Virus record (IMG/VR): IMGVR_UViG_3300031867_000033 | Coordinates: 64,344-81,083 of that record | Source: a virus | Taxonomy: Duplodnaviria; Heunggongvirae; Uroviricota; Caudoviricetes | Strand: one strand, 5' to 3' | DNA: 16,740 nucleotides | Made by a program: the position numbers and the translations under genes | Notes under the pieces: generated by a model | The model's database searches: none | What the model saw: the letters and a program-made list of their open reading frames with translations, nothing else | Told to the model about the DNA's origin: nothing | Part shown: positions 1 through 9,025 of the stretch, piece after piece | Layout: the number at the start of each line of letters is the position of its first letter | Numbering within the stretch: the stretch's first letter is position 1

Positions 1-1686
1 AAAATCTCCAACGTGTCCAAAATCCCTAATGCAAGCCTTAGCGAAGTTATCAACTAAAGTTTCCATCGGAGTCCCATAAAGACCTGCTGCAAGTCCAGTA
101 TCTACTTTAAATTTTGCATTTGAAGCATTTAAATAATCTAAAATCTTATGAGCAAGTTTATTGCCGTTTTCTTCAAACTGGCTTTCTCCTGTTATATACT
201 TCACACATTCATAAAGTCCAGCATAGCCTAAACTAATTGATGGTCTACCAGAGTATACTTCTTTTTCTAAAGTATCATTGGGGTCAAGTTTTGTTAAGCC
301 GCCATAAACCCAAAGTAAAGGAGACTGTCCTGCTCTTATTTTTGCGATATGATTAGCTCTCCAAAGCATATCTCTATGAGCAATATCTAAATAATAGTCT
401 AAGTTCTTAAATAGAATTTCTTCACTTCTTTCTTTATTATTTTCCATAGCTATATAAGGAAGATTAAGACTTTGTACACCAAGATTCCATCTTCCCCACA
501 ATTCATGTTGTCCATTCTCATTAATGTACTCATGAAGCAGACTGCGGCAACCCATCGGCGGTGTAGGAACGCCTTTAAGCTCACGATGAACCTTAACACT
601 GAGATAATCAGGAACTAACCTCTTTGCACTACATTCAGCACAAAGTTTAGTTATATCATAATATTTTCCGCCACGCATTGTATCTTCATCTAAGAAATAC
701 AATATCTTAGGGAAATTAGGATTTAAATAAGTACCATCTTTTTGCTTAATCCCTTGAATACGCTGCTTAATAAACTCTTTAAATACTAAGATTAAATCAT
801 CCGTATATTCAGGGTCTTCATTCAGCCAAGTAGATACTGAGAGAAATACAGCTTGTCCAGTGCCAGCACAAAGTGTATTGTTCTGAAAGAGGAAAGTCTA
901 CATACCGTCTTTGATTTCACTAGCCAATTCATCTTCTATAATTTGTTTTTTAATGCCTTCTGACAAATTGTATTTCTCAAATTTCTTTTCTATTTTCTTT
1001 CTAGAAACTCTTACAAATTTAGCTAAATGAAGTAGATTAACAGTTATACCGCCATACTGCTAAGAGGTAGCATGTGTAAGGATCTAAGTAGCTACTGTAC
1101 AAGCAGTACGAAAACTTTTGGGAGTCTCAATCCAAATACCGTTAATCTCACAACCAGCAAATAGAGTTTCAAGATCCAGCAAATCACAGTTATGCATTGG
1201 TCGTGCAGAGTACGCCATATCGTGAAAGTACACAACGCCCCTATCATGCGCATCAAGACAATCCGCCGGTAATTGTTCTCTCATAAATTGCCTACCAGGG
1301 ATCTCCGCTAAATAAGCATTTTTAATATGAGTTAAATCAGGATTTTTATTACCATTTTCTTGAGCAATATCAGGACTTACAAACAAAACTTTTTCAACTT
1401 CATTAGGATTTTTTCTAGCTTCTTCTTTCTTTATTCTATATTGAGAATAAATCCTTGCAACCGCTGGAGCTTCTCGATATAGAACGCTCATCACGCAATT
1501 TGCAACTGTTTCTACATCAATTCTATCATTCTTAGCTTTACTCCAAACTAAATCAGCAATTTCATCAACCATAAAATCAATTTCTTTAAAATCTGGAAAT
1601 TGAATTTGATTATATGCTGCAATTATTGCCCTTCTTACTTTATTATCATCATAAGGAAATTCTTTTCCCTTTTTTAATACTACCAT
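1..1686 (-). CDS. nrdD: Anaerobic (class III) ribonucleoside-triphosphate reductase with N-terminal ATP-cone; runs off the window; code 15
   Basis: RBS GAGGAGG before ATG at 1686. The frame stays open to base 1 if TAG=Gln (TAGs at 1084-1086, 1060-1062, 898-900). NrdD-type motifs: HDxGxxYFHD, VATQILTHATSQQYGG, PPMGCRS, GRWNLGVQSLNLP, SISLGYAGLYE, LYGTPME. Confidence 0.95.
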
Positions 1687-1719
1687 TAGTATCCCTCCTC
1701 GCTTTTCTATTCTATATTT

Positions 1720-1748
1720 AGTATATCATAAGTAAAAGAAAAAGTCAA
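1720..1748 (-). promoter_or_regulatory. sigma70/sigmaA-type promoter for nrdD (TTGACT-17-TATACT, extended -10 TG)
   Basis: -35 at 1743-1748, 17-bp spacer, -10 at 1720-1725. The -35 lies inside the hairpin arm at 1742-1750. Confidence 0.75.
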
Positions 1749-1765
1749 GATATTACTCTTGACTT
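1731..1765 (-). terminator. Intrinsic terminator overlapping the nrdD promoter
   Basis: Stem AAGTCAAGA/TCTTGACTT (1742-1750, 1757-1765) with a 6-nt loop, followed on the minus strand by TTTTCTTTT, just after the stop at 1791. Confidence 0.65.
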
Positions 1766-1790
1766 ATTCTTTTTTTATAGCAAAAACTTA

Positions 1791-2177
1791 TTAAAATTCT
1801 TCTTCCCAGGTCTTCATCTCATTTACTATCTACTTAATATAAGAGTTACCTTTTAACTTCTTATACTACTCAAATAAAGACAGAATATTTTCTTTCTCAT
1901 AATGAGGAATTTTTTTCTAATCCTTATACTTTATATATATATGAGTAATAGTGTTACGTATTAAAGCCTAGTCAGTAATATCGCTCTAATCTAATCTCTT
2001 CTCTATTTTATCAAGCTAAACTACTATTCCTTGATTCGCCGCCGTACTCTCATCTCTTATAGTTTTTCTAAACCATTCCTTGGGTTTCTTGGTTATAACC
2101 CCAACAAAAGTTATAATTGTTAAGATAACTCCAAGCACAGCCCCTATTGCCTCAACTATAGCTAAAATTCCCATCAT
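1791..2177 (-). CDS. Small membrane protein, putative holin-like family (N-terminal TM helix, C-terminal Y-x-x-L-x-G-N motif); code 15
   Basis: 128 aa MMGILAIVEAIGAVLGVILTIITFVGVITKKPKEW...LFEQYKKLKGNSYIKQIVNEMKTWEEEF. ATGA overlap with the upstream gene, GGGGTG RBS, 6 in-frame TAG, ends TAA. The holin assignment is by family resemblance only. Confidence 0.6.
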
Positions 2178-2578
2178 CTCACCCCTTTTTCTATAAGATT
2201 TATATTATGATTTGGTGTCTTAACAATAAACTCCGGTGTGTTAAAAATTTTCTAAAGGGTAAGATTTTCAAGTTCCCAATAAGGAATACGAATTAAGGAA
2301 ATTTTATTTTTAAGACAAAATTTATTTTTACGTATATCATACTCCTTCTGCCGGCGAAACGCAATAAGGGACTTATGGAAATATGGAACGTAGGTAAAAT
2401 GTTGACGCCCATCTAACTCTAGAAGAACCCAAAGCTAGCCATTACGGTAAATAGCGAAATCAAATCGTAAGTAATCTTTGCCTCCTTTTAATCCCTAAAA
2501 AGAAATTTCTTGTTTAAACTAAATGCCACCTCGCCTTAATAAATTCGCAACCTTAATCTCGCCCTTAGAATGCTTCAT
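2174..2578 (-). CDS. PD-(D/E)XK endonuclease, DUF559/Vsr-like; code 15
   Basis: 134 aa: HSKGEIKVANLL, LRFDFAI, LELDGRQH, YDIRKNKFCLKNKISLIRIPYW. TAATG overlap with the upstream gene; 4 in-frame TAG; ends TGA. Confidence 0.75.
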
Positions 2579-3357
2579 TACTAATCATCTCTTCGCCGCG
2601 GTGGTTTAGAAGGTTTTCTACAAGGCCCCTTAGGTATCGGAACTGGATAAACTGGAATTACTTGCTATGCCGGTACATGATAAGGCTTAACCTTTTGAGG
2701 TTCACAATGATAAGTAGATACATGAAGATAATCTTCATTCAGATTATCAAATGCTCCTCGAATAGCTGTAGTTTTATTGCGTTCAAAAAATTTACAATGT
2801 AGAGAAACTGAGAATGGTGTCGTGTTGATAACCTCTACGTCAGTTCTTTTGTTCTCTTCCAACTCAGTTCTCCAAGTAGCAAGAATTCCTTGAATGGTTT
2901 CAACTGAATCAGGTTTTAGTTCATACTAAACTCCATAATAAAGTTCTTTTCCTATTGAAACTTCAAACTTTTCAAATTCAGTTGAATAATTAAAAACAAA
3001 CATTACATAAAAATCCTCTATTTTATAAAGCAATTTAACCCTATTTTCACTAGAAAATTTTGCAGTTAAAAATTCTCCCACTATGGTCTAATCTTCTTTC
3101 TTCGGTACTATATTAACTTCCTATGGAAAGATTGAATTATCAGAAAAATCATATCCAGTAAATCCATCATCATTAAGAACTATTTCTCTATCTTCCTGCG
3201 GCGTACCTAGTACATTCTATATAAGTGTAGCAACTTTTCTATAATCATCCTAAAACTAACATACATCTCGTTTAGAACACTCCAAGCAGCGAATATCTAC
3301 TAGAGTATGAGAAGGATCTATTGCGATATTAATTGGGTTTAAATAAAGTCGGTCCAA
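2578..3357 (-). CDS. Hypothetical protein, 259 aa, with CxxC-x4-C near the N terminus and a Pro-rich basic tail; code 15
   Basis: RBS GAGGTG then TTG at 3357. Open to TAA at 2578 with 8 TAG read as Gln. Contains the track ORF 2665..2862 in frame. Confidence 0.72.
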
Positions 3358-3374
3358 GATATTCACCTCATTTT

Positions 3375-3409
3375 AAAAAAATAAAGAGGAAAATTTTTTC
3401 CTCTTTATT
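3375..3409 (-). terminator. Intrinsic terminator after the DNA ligase gene
   Basis: 13-bp stem AATAAAGAGGAAA/TTTCCTCTTTATT (3380-3409) followed by a T-run on the minus strand. Confidence 0.75.
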
Positions 3410-3442
3410 AAGTAGAATTTTTTTTAAGTTATATCTAAAGAC

Positions 3443-4564
3443 TTAGTTTGATTCTATCTGTGACCATTCACAATCTTCAGGTCGCTTATCGGTTCTCCTT
3501 TCTAAAATTTTACCATGACGAAGTGAATAGTGTCCTTCAATTTTTTCCACTTGCATTGCACTCAAAGCATAGACTTGTCCTACCCACTTATCTGGCTCTT
3601 GAACAATTCCTCTCTTCATCTCATCAGATACTCCACTAATATACGCTATATGTTCAGGCTTTCCATCTTTCATTACAGAAAAAGATAACGCACCGGCGTA
3701 GCCAAGATAAAATGGTTTAGTTACTGGAGTAATAGGAGCACCATCGGTATATTCAGCGAAATGATTCCCAATAGGCAATCTCTCTCCAGACTTTAGATTT
3801 ATATAATATTCCCAAGACTCCAAATTCTTTCCAGTATAATCACGTGTAGGCGGCTTATAATCTCCATCAAGAAATGCATCAATTGTATCAGTTAGCTCCT
3901 TCTTTAGTTTCAGAGATAGTCTAGCAGTCCTTTTTCCGCACGTGTATGGGGCAGTATTTTTCTGAATTACAATACCTTCTTGCCCCGCTGCAATAACATC
4001 AAGATAAAGTTCCCAAAGTTCTTCTCCTCTTTTATATTCCGCTACTTCAACTGGACCCTCAAACTTAATATTTTTTAAATACTCAATTCTCTTTTCAATA
4101 GCAGTATTTACAAGAACTTCTCCTGCCCAAGCTAGACAATCAAAACAATAAAAATGAAGAGGTGTACTAGCTTGTCTTTCCAGACTCTTGTCTTTTAAAC
4201 AATTAAGAATTGAAGTTGTTTTACGGCTTCCTTCATCTCCAAACTTATAGATTTCACCAAGAAGAACAGTTCCATTAGGAAGATATGAAAACTCTTCTGT
4301 AATAGACGGAATCCACTCAGCTTTATCTGCATAAGTTTTATTTACATTGGGAGTTCGGCTACGCAGATGAAAATTGCCAGTTTCATCTCGGATAATCATC
4401 GCCCATACACCATCAATTTTTCTCGAGCCTGTGTATTCTCCGCTCATTACCATATTTTTCGCTTCTTCACGCTTACGTTCTGTACTATAGGACTTAGGGT
4501 GTGTCCAATACTTCATTGCATTAAAAGAATCCCAAAAATCAATTCCTGAAATCACAATATTCAT
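3443..4564 (-). CDS. lig: ATP-dependent DNA ligase (373 aa)
   Basis: Nucleotidyltransferase motifs I (RKIDG), III (LGE), IIIa (FDCL), IV (QEGIVIQK), V (LKLK), plus a C-terminal OB-fold-like region ending LRHGKILERRTDK. No TAG; ends TAA. Confidence 0.9.
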   Translation of the reverse strand: MNIVISGIDFWDSFNAMKYWTHPKSYSTERKREEAKNMVMSGEYTGSRKIDGVWAMIIRDETGNFHLRSRTPNVNKTYADKAEWIPSITEEFSYLPNGTVLLGEIYKFGDEGSRKTTSILNCLKDKSLERQASTPLHFYCFDCLAWAGEVLVNTAIEKRIEYLKNIKFEGPVEVAEYKRGEELWELYLDVIAAGQEGIVIQKNTAPYTCGKRTARLSLKLKKELTDTIDAFLDGDYKPPTRDYTGKNLESWEYYINLKSGERLPIGNHFAEYTDGAPITPVTKPFYLGYAGALSFSVMKDGKPEHIAYISGVSDEMKRGIVQEPDKWVGQVYALSAMQVEKIEGHYSLRHGKILERRTDKRPEDCEWSQIESN

Positions 4565-4753
4565 TTATTCTTCCTCCTTATAAGCCGCAGTTTCATATTC
4601 ATAAGTTTTACTTATTGTTGAATCGAACCATTCTAAAGGAGGCTCAAATTCAAAGATTTTCTCTCCTGTTCTTCTATCATAAATAGAAACTAAGTCAAGT
4701 TTCACTAACTCAAGATTCTTCATTAACTCTTCTATTGTTTCTTTATCATTCAT
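4565..4753 (-). CDS. Hypothetical acidic protein (62 aa)
   Basis: AAGGAGG RBS, first gene after the promoter at 4783-4811; its TAA abuts the ligase ATG. Confidence 0.7.
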   Translation of the reverse strand: MNDKETIEELMKNLELVKLDLVSIYDRRTGEKIFEFEPPLEWFDSTISKTYEYETAAYKEEE

Positions 4754-4782
4754 TTATATTTCCTCCTTTATTTTCTATAATA

Positions 4783-4811
4783 ATTATATCAAAAATTATT
4801 TAAAAATGCAA
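4783..4811 (-). promoter_or_regulatory. Strong sigma70-type promoter (TTGCAT-17-TATAAT), class A repeat copy
   Basis: -35 at 4806-4811, -10 at 4783-4788. 4769-4817 matches the 49-bp promoter repeat at 10264/11390 with 4 mismatches. Confidence 0.85.
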
Positions 4812-4834
4812 ATATTTTATTAAAATTTTTAACT

Positions 4835-4913
4835 TACAATGCACCGCCTGTCCAAAAATTTGGACTCGCGGCGCGTTGTAAAAGAAAGCGCCACGGATGA
4901 TACCGCGGCGCAA
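4835..4913. repeat. Cluster of GC-rich GCGCCGC-motif copies forming two imperfect hairpins
   Basis: Inverted repeat TACAATGCACCGCCTGTCCA / TGGACTCGCGGCGCGTTGTA (4835-4880), then GCGCCACGG-ATGATA-CCGCGGCGC. The 18-mer GGATGATACCGCGGCGCA (4895-4912) is identical to 11577-11594. Confidence 0.65.
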
Positions 4914-4920
4914 TATAGAA

Positions 4921-5100
4921 TTAAAATTCTAGGTATCCAGCATTTATAGTAATTGCAGAATCGTTTTTCCTTTCAAATTCTTCCTTTGTAATAAACTCAA
5001 CTAAAGCTTCCGAAGGAATAACGATTTCATTTCCTCTTTGTTCGACACTCTCCGAAGTGATTCTAAAATATCTTCCTTCTGCTTCAAAACACAGTGTCAT
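4921..5100 (-). CDS. Hypothetical protein (59 aa), missed by the ORF track
   Basis: ATG directly follows the TAA of the GIY-YIG gene. MTLCFEAEGRYFRITSESVEQRGNEIVIPSEALVEFITKEEFERKNDSAITINAGYLEF; ends TAA. Confidence 0.6.
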   Translation of the reverse strand: MTLCFEAEGRYFRITSESVEQRGNEIVIPSEALVEFITKEEFERKNDSAITINAGYLEF

Positions 5101-6201
5101 TTAACTCCCTCCTTTGGTTCCATTATAACCCCAGTTCTAAGAATCATAGAACTCAATAAAATACTTTTCTTTTTCATTAAGCTCTTCTGGCTTACAAGTA
5201 GTAATAACTTCAAAAGTAAAATTCTCTGGCCCCGTCTCCCACATTTCCTCATATAACTTATTTCTAGTTGCTGGTTCTGCACGAACTCCTCTACGAACAT
5301 GAGCTCGCCATCTTTCAGAAAACTTTTGTTTAGTCTATCCAATATAGGACTTTCCATTTTGAATGTTCGTTATCTTATAAATTCCTACTCCTTGCGCATC
5401 TGTTGACACAACACGACCAATCATTTGAGAAAAAGGATTTTTATAATAATTCTCCCATATTAATTTATAAAGAATTGTTGGGGAATTTAATGTTTCTGCG
5501 ACTTTTCTTAATTTCTATATATCTTCCCTATCTTGTTCTTTAAGCTAAATTTTATAAAATTCCACTTGCTACTTCTTTTCCTCATCTGCTTTAAAACGAG
5601 CAATAATTTCTTTTTGTTTTTCCTCATAAGCTTTAATTTCTTTATCTAAAGCCTCCTTTTTTAAATTAATGCTCGTATTATAGTTAAAAAAATCTGTATC
5701 AAGTTCCTCCTTCTTCTCCTTATAATCTCCCTAAATTGCATTAAGAAAGCTCTAAAACCTAGCCTATTCCTCTAAAATTTTCGCCGTATTCTCTGCTTCT
5801 CTTTCACGTTGCGCCGCAGTATCAAGCTCCTTATAATGTTCAAGCCTTTCTTCAAACTATTCCTAAGATTGCTTAATTCGTGCATCAATAGTTCTTTGAA
5901 AATCTTTTTCCTACTAATTTAAAGCTTCAAGTTTTCTTTTTGTTTCTCCTTCTTCAAACTAAATCTATTCCTTTGCTGCAACTCTATAATTTTCAACTTC
6001 TTCTTCTATTTCTTCTTTTATTTCTTTTTCATATGCATTTTTCTTAGCTTTGATCTAACCCATAGCTTCAAGTTCAGCAATATTAAACTAATTAATATCA
6101 AACTAATGCTTTTTATGATAATGATCTGCAAGAGTCAAAATAATATTAACCGCTGAATAGATAAAGAGTAGAATATAGCTTATAATAAAAAATATATTCA
6201 T
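5101..6201 (-). CDS. Membrane-anchored coiled-coil protein with C-terminal GIY-YIG nuclease domain (366 aa); code 15
   Basis: GGAGG RBS; hydrophobic N terminus (NIFFIISYILLFIYSAVNIILTL); long E/K/Q-rich coiled coil; then GIYKITNIQNGKSYIGQT...ERWRAH...LNEKEKYFIEFYDSQNWGYN. About 17 in-frame TAG, including the Q of YIGQT. Confidence 0.85.
5809..5825 (+). repeat. Dispersed 17-bp motif copy (TTGCGCCGCAGTATCAA), intragenic
   Basis: Matches consensus YT(G/T)CGCCGC-NN-YAYCAW; lies inside the GIY-YIG gene. Confidence 0.7.
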
Positions 6202-6214
6202 ATAACCTCCTTAT

Positions 6215-6889
6215 TTATATATAATCTGTATAAATTTTCTGTCCACAACTACATTCAACATTTTTAACTAAACCCAATGAGTCACAATAAACTTCACAAA
6301 TAGGTTTATGTACATTATCATTATTATTTTGTATATGTTTTACAAAGCCCTCCATAATTTTTTGAACTTCTTCTGACGTAAACATATTATTAATTTTTCC
6401 ATTCAGTTTTCTATTTTGTTCTTTTAATTCCTCTATTTCTTTATTCTTTTGTTCAAATATTTTGTCATTAGTAAGCTCTTTTAATACTTCATTATCTTCA
6501 TTTATTTTACAAAAGCTTTCATACATATTAATTAAAAACTCAATTATATTAAAAAATTTTTTATCATTAGAAGAATAATTCCATATACCTTCATGTAAAT
6601 CTCTTTCGTTATTCTTGTATTTTGAAAGAATATTATTATATTTTTCTTGTCGTTCCTTTCTCCTATTTACATATTCTGGGTCTCTTTTTAATATTTTTTC
6701 CATAACACGTTTTCTAGCTTCTTTTTGATGTTGCGGCGGCAAAGTGTTTTCAATATTATTCAAAATTTCATTAATTTGTTCTTTCGGAATGTCAGCATAA
6801 TCATCAAACACAGAAAGTTTAGCTCTCATTCCTCTTACGGGGCTGCTTTCTTCTTCCTTTGTTAATCTCTCTAACACGTCTTGAGCCAT
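6215..6889 (-). CDS. Hypothetical protein (224 aa) with coiled coil and C-terminal Cys motif (CxCG)
   Basis: GGAGG 7 nt before ATG at 6889 (alternative start 6829). No TAG in 10 Gln codons; ends TAA. Confidence 0.72.
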   Translation of the reverse strand: MAQDVLERLTKEEESSPVRGMRAKLSVFDDYADIPKEQINEILNNIENTLPPQHQKEARKRVMEKILKRDPEYVNRRKERQEKYNNILSKYKNNERDLHEGIWNYSSNDKKFFNIIEFLINMYESFCKINEDNEVLKELTNDKIFEQKNKEIEELKEQNRKLNGKINNMFTSEEVQKIMEGFVKHIQNNNDNVHKPICEVYCDSLGLVKNVECSCGQKIYTDYI

Positions 6890-7376
6890 TATAATCCTCC
6901 CTCATTAATTCAAAAATTATTTCATCATGAATTTTCCCATCCATTAAAACTGCTTTTTGATGTAATATTCCTACTTCTTTACCACCATAATCTCTACAAA
7001 AATGTCTGTATCCTTCCAATATTGGATTATCACGATAGCACATCCATTCAATTCGATTAAGATTATATTTATTAAATATATCATCAATAGCCTTTAATAT
7101 ATCTCTTCCAAAAATAAGTGATGGTGCTGCGGCGCAACGAACAATATAGAATCCATTAACACTTCGGCTAATCCAATCTATTTCATACCCAAGACAACCA
7201 ACTATATTATCTTCTGAATCAACAGAAACAAATTGATGATTCCATCTATTATCATTAGGATATGGCTCGATCCTCATTCCAGTTCCGCTACAAGCTCGTT
7301 GAATGTCAATGTCATACTAATGTTCAAACCACCAATTATTAATTTCTTCCTCATAAAGTTTCGCATTCTTTAACAC
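6819..7376 (-). CDS. GNAT (RimJ/RimL-like) acetyltransferase, 185 aa; true start upstream of the track ORF (code 15)
   Basis: AAGGAGG RBS then GTG at 7376 (MLKNAKLYEEEI...). One TAG at 7317-7319. GNAT-like segments FVSVDSEDNIVGCLGY and DNPILEGYRHFCRDYGGKEVG...DGKIHDEIIFEL. Confidence 0.72.
7121..7137 (-). repeat. Dispersed 17-bp motif copy (TTGCGCCGCAGCACCAT), intragenic
   Basis: Matches consensus; lies inside the GNAT gene (encodes RCAAAPS). Confidence 0.7.
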
Positions 7377-8085
7377 TTATTACTTCCTCCTTCTTTGGAT
7401 AACGTCCACAACTATATTTCTCATTACAATAACCTAATCTCTGACATTTAGGAATTAGCATATGCTCTTCTTCAATTAACCAATACCATTCATCTGAATA
7501 AATCTTCAAAGCGTCAATAATCTCATGCATTAAGTCTCTATATTCGTGATAAGCACGAGTACATAATCTTTGCTCGCACATATTAATAAGTTCTCTAAGT
7601 CCAATTCTAACAATAACCTTAGTATTATAATTAAGTGGTAAGAGTCCACTAGCATCTTCTTTTGATATACCAAGCTCTTCCAACTTTTTTATAGACTCTT
7701 TAATATTATCCATTGCATCTAAATAAATCTTTTTCGCCGCCTCATTATCCATAATTGACTTAGGAGTAGTAAAATTAAAATCCCCATACTGAATATAACG
7801 AGTTGACGCTTGCAATCTTGTAACGGAGATAATATGGGTATAAAATTCACGAATACATTTAGCTGACCATCCATCGAGTATCATGTAAATTTGTGGATAT
7901 TCTAATGCTCGCCAATGTCCAGAACGATAGCACTCAATTCCTCTTTTAAAATTCTTCTCGTGGTCATTCACATCAGCATTCCAGCATGCTCCTGCAGCAT
8001 ATCCGCTTAATGTCAATGGTTCATCAGTTGTTTCCGAAAGTATTTGTATCTTACCTTTTATTTGATTCCAACGTCTAGCCAGCAT
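7351..8085 (-). CDS. thyX: Flavin-dependent thymidylate synthase ThyX
   Basis: GHWRALEY, REFYTH...RLQASTRY (variant of the RHRx7-8S signature region), LLPLNYNT, RELINMCEQRLCTRAYHEYR. No TAG. Confidence 0.9.
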   Translation of the reverse strand: MLARRWNQIKGKIQILSETTDEPLTLSGYAAGACWNADVNDHEKNFKRGIECYRSGHWRALEYPQIYMILDGWSAKCIREFYTHIISVTRLQASTRYIQYGDFNFTTPKSIMDNEAAKKIYLDAMDNIKESIKKLEELGISKEDASGLLPLNYNTKVIVRIGLRELINMCEQRLCTRAYHEYRDLMHEIIDALKIYSDEWYWLIEEEHMLIPKCQRLGYCNEKYSCGRYPKKEEVISVKECETL

Positions 8086-8306
8086 TAATTATTCCCTCCT
8101 GTATTTGTTGTTGTCTTTATATTTATTCCATTTCCAAAAAAAATATAGCAAAGCACATATAATCCAAAAAATTGCCAAGCACTTAAAGAAGGAAGTCCTA
8201 ATGCCGCAACTGCAACAACTTGCCAAAGCCATAAGCCAACCAACCATTCAATAAGTATAAGTATTATAATTCCAAGTGTAATTCCAATTATTTTTGATAT
8301 ACTCAT
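8085..8306 (-). CDS. Small two-TM membrane protein (73 aa)
   Basis: GGAGG RBS, strongly hydrophobic, TAATG coupling to thyX. Confidence 0.7.
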   Translation of the reverse strand: MSISKIIGITLGIIILILIEWLVGLWLWQVVAVAALGLPSLSAWQFFGLYVLCYIFFGNGINIKTTTNTGGNN

Positions 8307-8419
8307 TCAGAAACCTCCTTAATTAAATAGATAATAAGCCAAATAGCAAGAACGATTGTATTAGAAATTATTTGTCGCTCAATTTTCTCCTTATCCATAT
8401 CTTTAATAAAGTTTTTCAC
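8303..8419 (-). CDS. Small single-TM peptide (38 aa)
   Basis: GGAGG RBS, GTG start, MKNFIKDMDKEKIERQIISNTIVLAIWLIIYLIKEVSE; ATGA overlap with the next gene. Confidence 0.5.
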   Translation of the reverse strand: MKNFIKDMDKEKIERQIISNTIVLAIWLIIYLIKEVSE

Positions 8420-8420
8420 C

Positions 8421-8993
8421 TTAAAATTCCTCCATTCCTTTAAAAAAAATTTCATCATCAATTAATCTTGGTACTTCTGTATAATCAACCGGGTAAAAAT
8501 CCCAAGTAGATAAGCTTAAATTCAGAATCTAATCTCTATAAATTTCGCCTTCTTTTAGAAGCTAATTCTCTATTGCAGCACTTTCTGCCATAGCAATATA
8601 ATTTCTTTCACCAAGCCAAAGCTAAATATTAGAAGAATTAGTTGCAATTATAACATTTGCTTTTTCTCCATTAATTGTTCCTACAACAAAACCATCAAGA
8701 GAACGCGCTCTCTAAGCTCCCATATCTTTCCAAAAATCTTCAATTTTATAAAGCGGCTAATCTTCTAAATCAACAATTTCCCATTTTGCTTTGATTTGAG
8801 ACATTAAACTTTTAGTTGATTCAAAATCACCAACACTTGTTTCCCCAAAAACTATTAAGTAGTCATCTTCTTCAACTATTAAATTAATTCTATCAATAAC
8901 CATTTGATTATATTCCTAAATTGTCATTTTCTAATGTTGCGCCGCGACACCATCAAACAATTTCATATCTGCCGCAATAAAAGTCTTATCCAA
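8421..8993 (-). CDS. Degenerate calcineurin-like metallophosphoesterase homolog (190 aa); code 15
   Basis: GGAGGGAGG RBS, TTG start. FIAADMKLF, EYNQMVIDRINLIVEEDDYLIVFGE and LNLSLSTWDFYPVDY follow the spacing of small phage phosphoesterases (xFTSDxH, EMNExLIxxWNxxVxxxDxVYxLGD, NVGVDxWxYxPV), but metal ligands are changed. 7 TAG; ends TAA. Confidence 0.65.
8937..8953 (+). repeat. Dispersed 17-bp motif copy (TTGCGCCGCGACACCAT), intragenic
   Basis: Matches consensus. 8941-8957 is also the exact reverse complement of 16582-16598 in the endolysin gene. Confidence 0.7.
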
Positions 8994-9025
8994 ATTCCTC
9001 CCTCCATTATTTTATTTATATTTAT

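Noticed and set aside
898-1086. Interpreting TAG-interrupted genes as pseudogenes or sequencing errors
   Set aside because: All interruptions are TAG, never TAA, TGA or frameshifts, and they fall at Gln-compatible positions across many genes.
1-1686. Intein or group I intron in nrdD
   Set aside because: The visible part is colinear with NrdD motifs with no insertion; the 3' end is outside the window.
2340-2380. Possible frameshift in the PD-(D/E)XK nuclease gene
   Set aside because: Re-reading the bases shows one continuous frame from 2578 to 2174 (405 nt).
1829-3415. CTACTTAATA as a candidate late promoter (near 3406-3415 minus and 1830-1839 plus)
   Set aside because: Only two copies, in opposite orientation, one antisense within a coding region; expected by chance in AT-rich DNA.
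3448-5256. Plus-strand track ORFs 3448..3639, 4367..4549 and 5038..5256
   Set aside because: Antisense shadows of well-supported minus-strand genes, with no RBS and no recognisable motifs.
5097-5357. Track ORF of 86 aa on the minus strand
   Set aside because: It is an alternative frame inside the GIY-YIG gene; the code-15 frame carries the recognisable motifs and the RBS.
6781-6845. RGMRAKLSVFDDYAD resembles the Walker B region of terminase ATPases
   Set aside because: No Walker A or other terminase motifs. The segment partly overlaps the GNAT gene and is too short to support a call.
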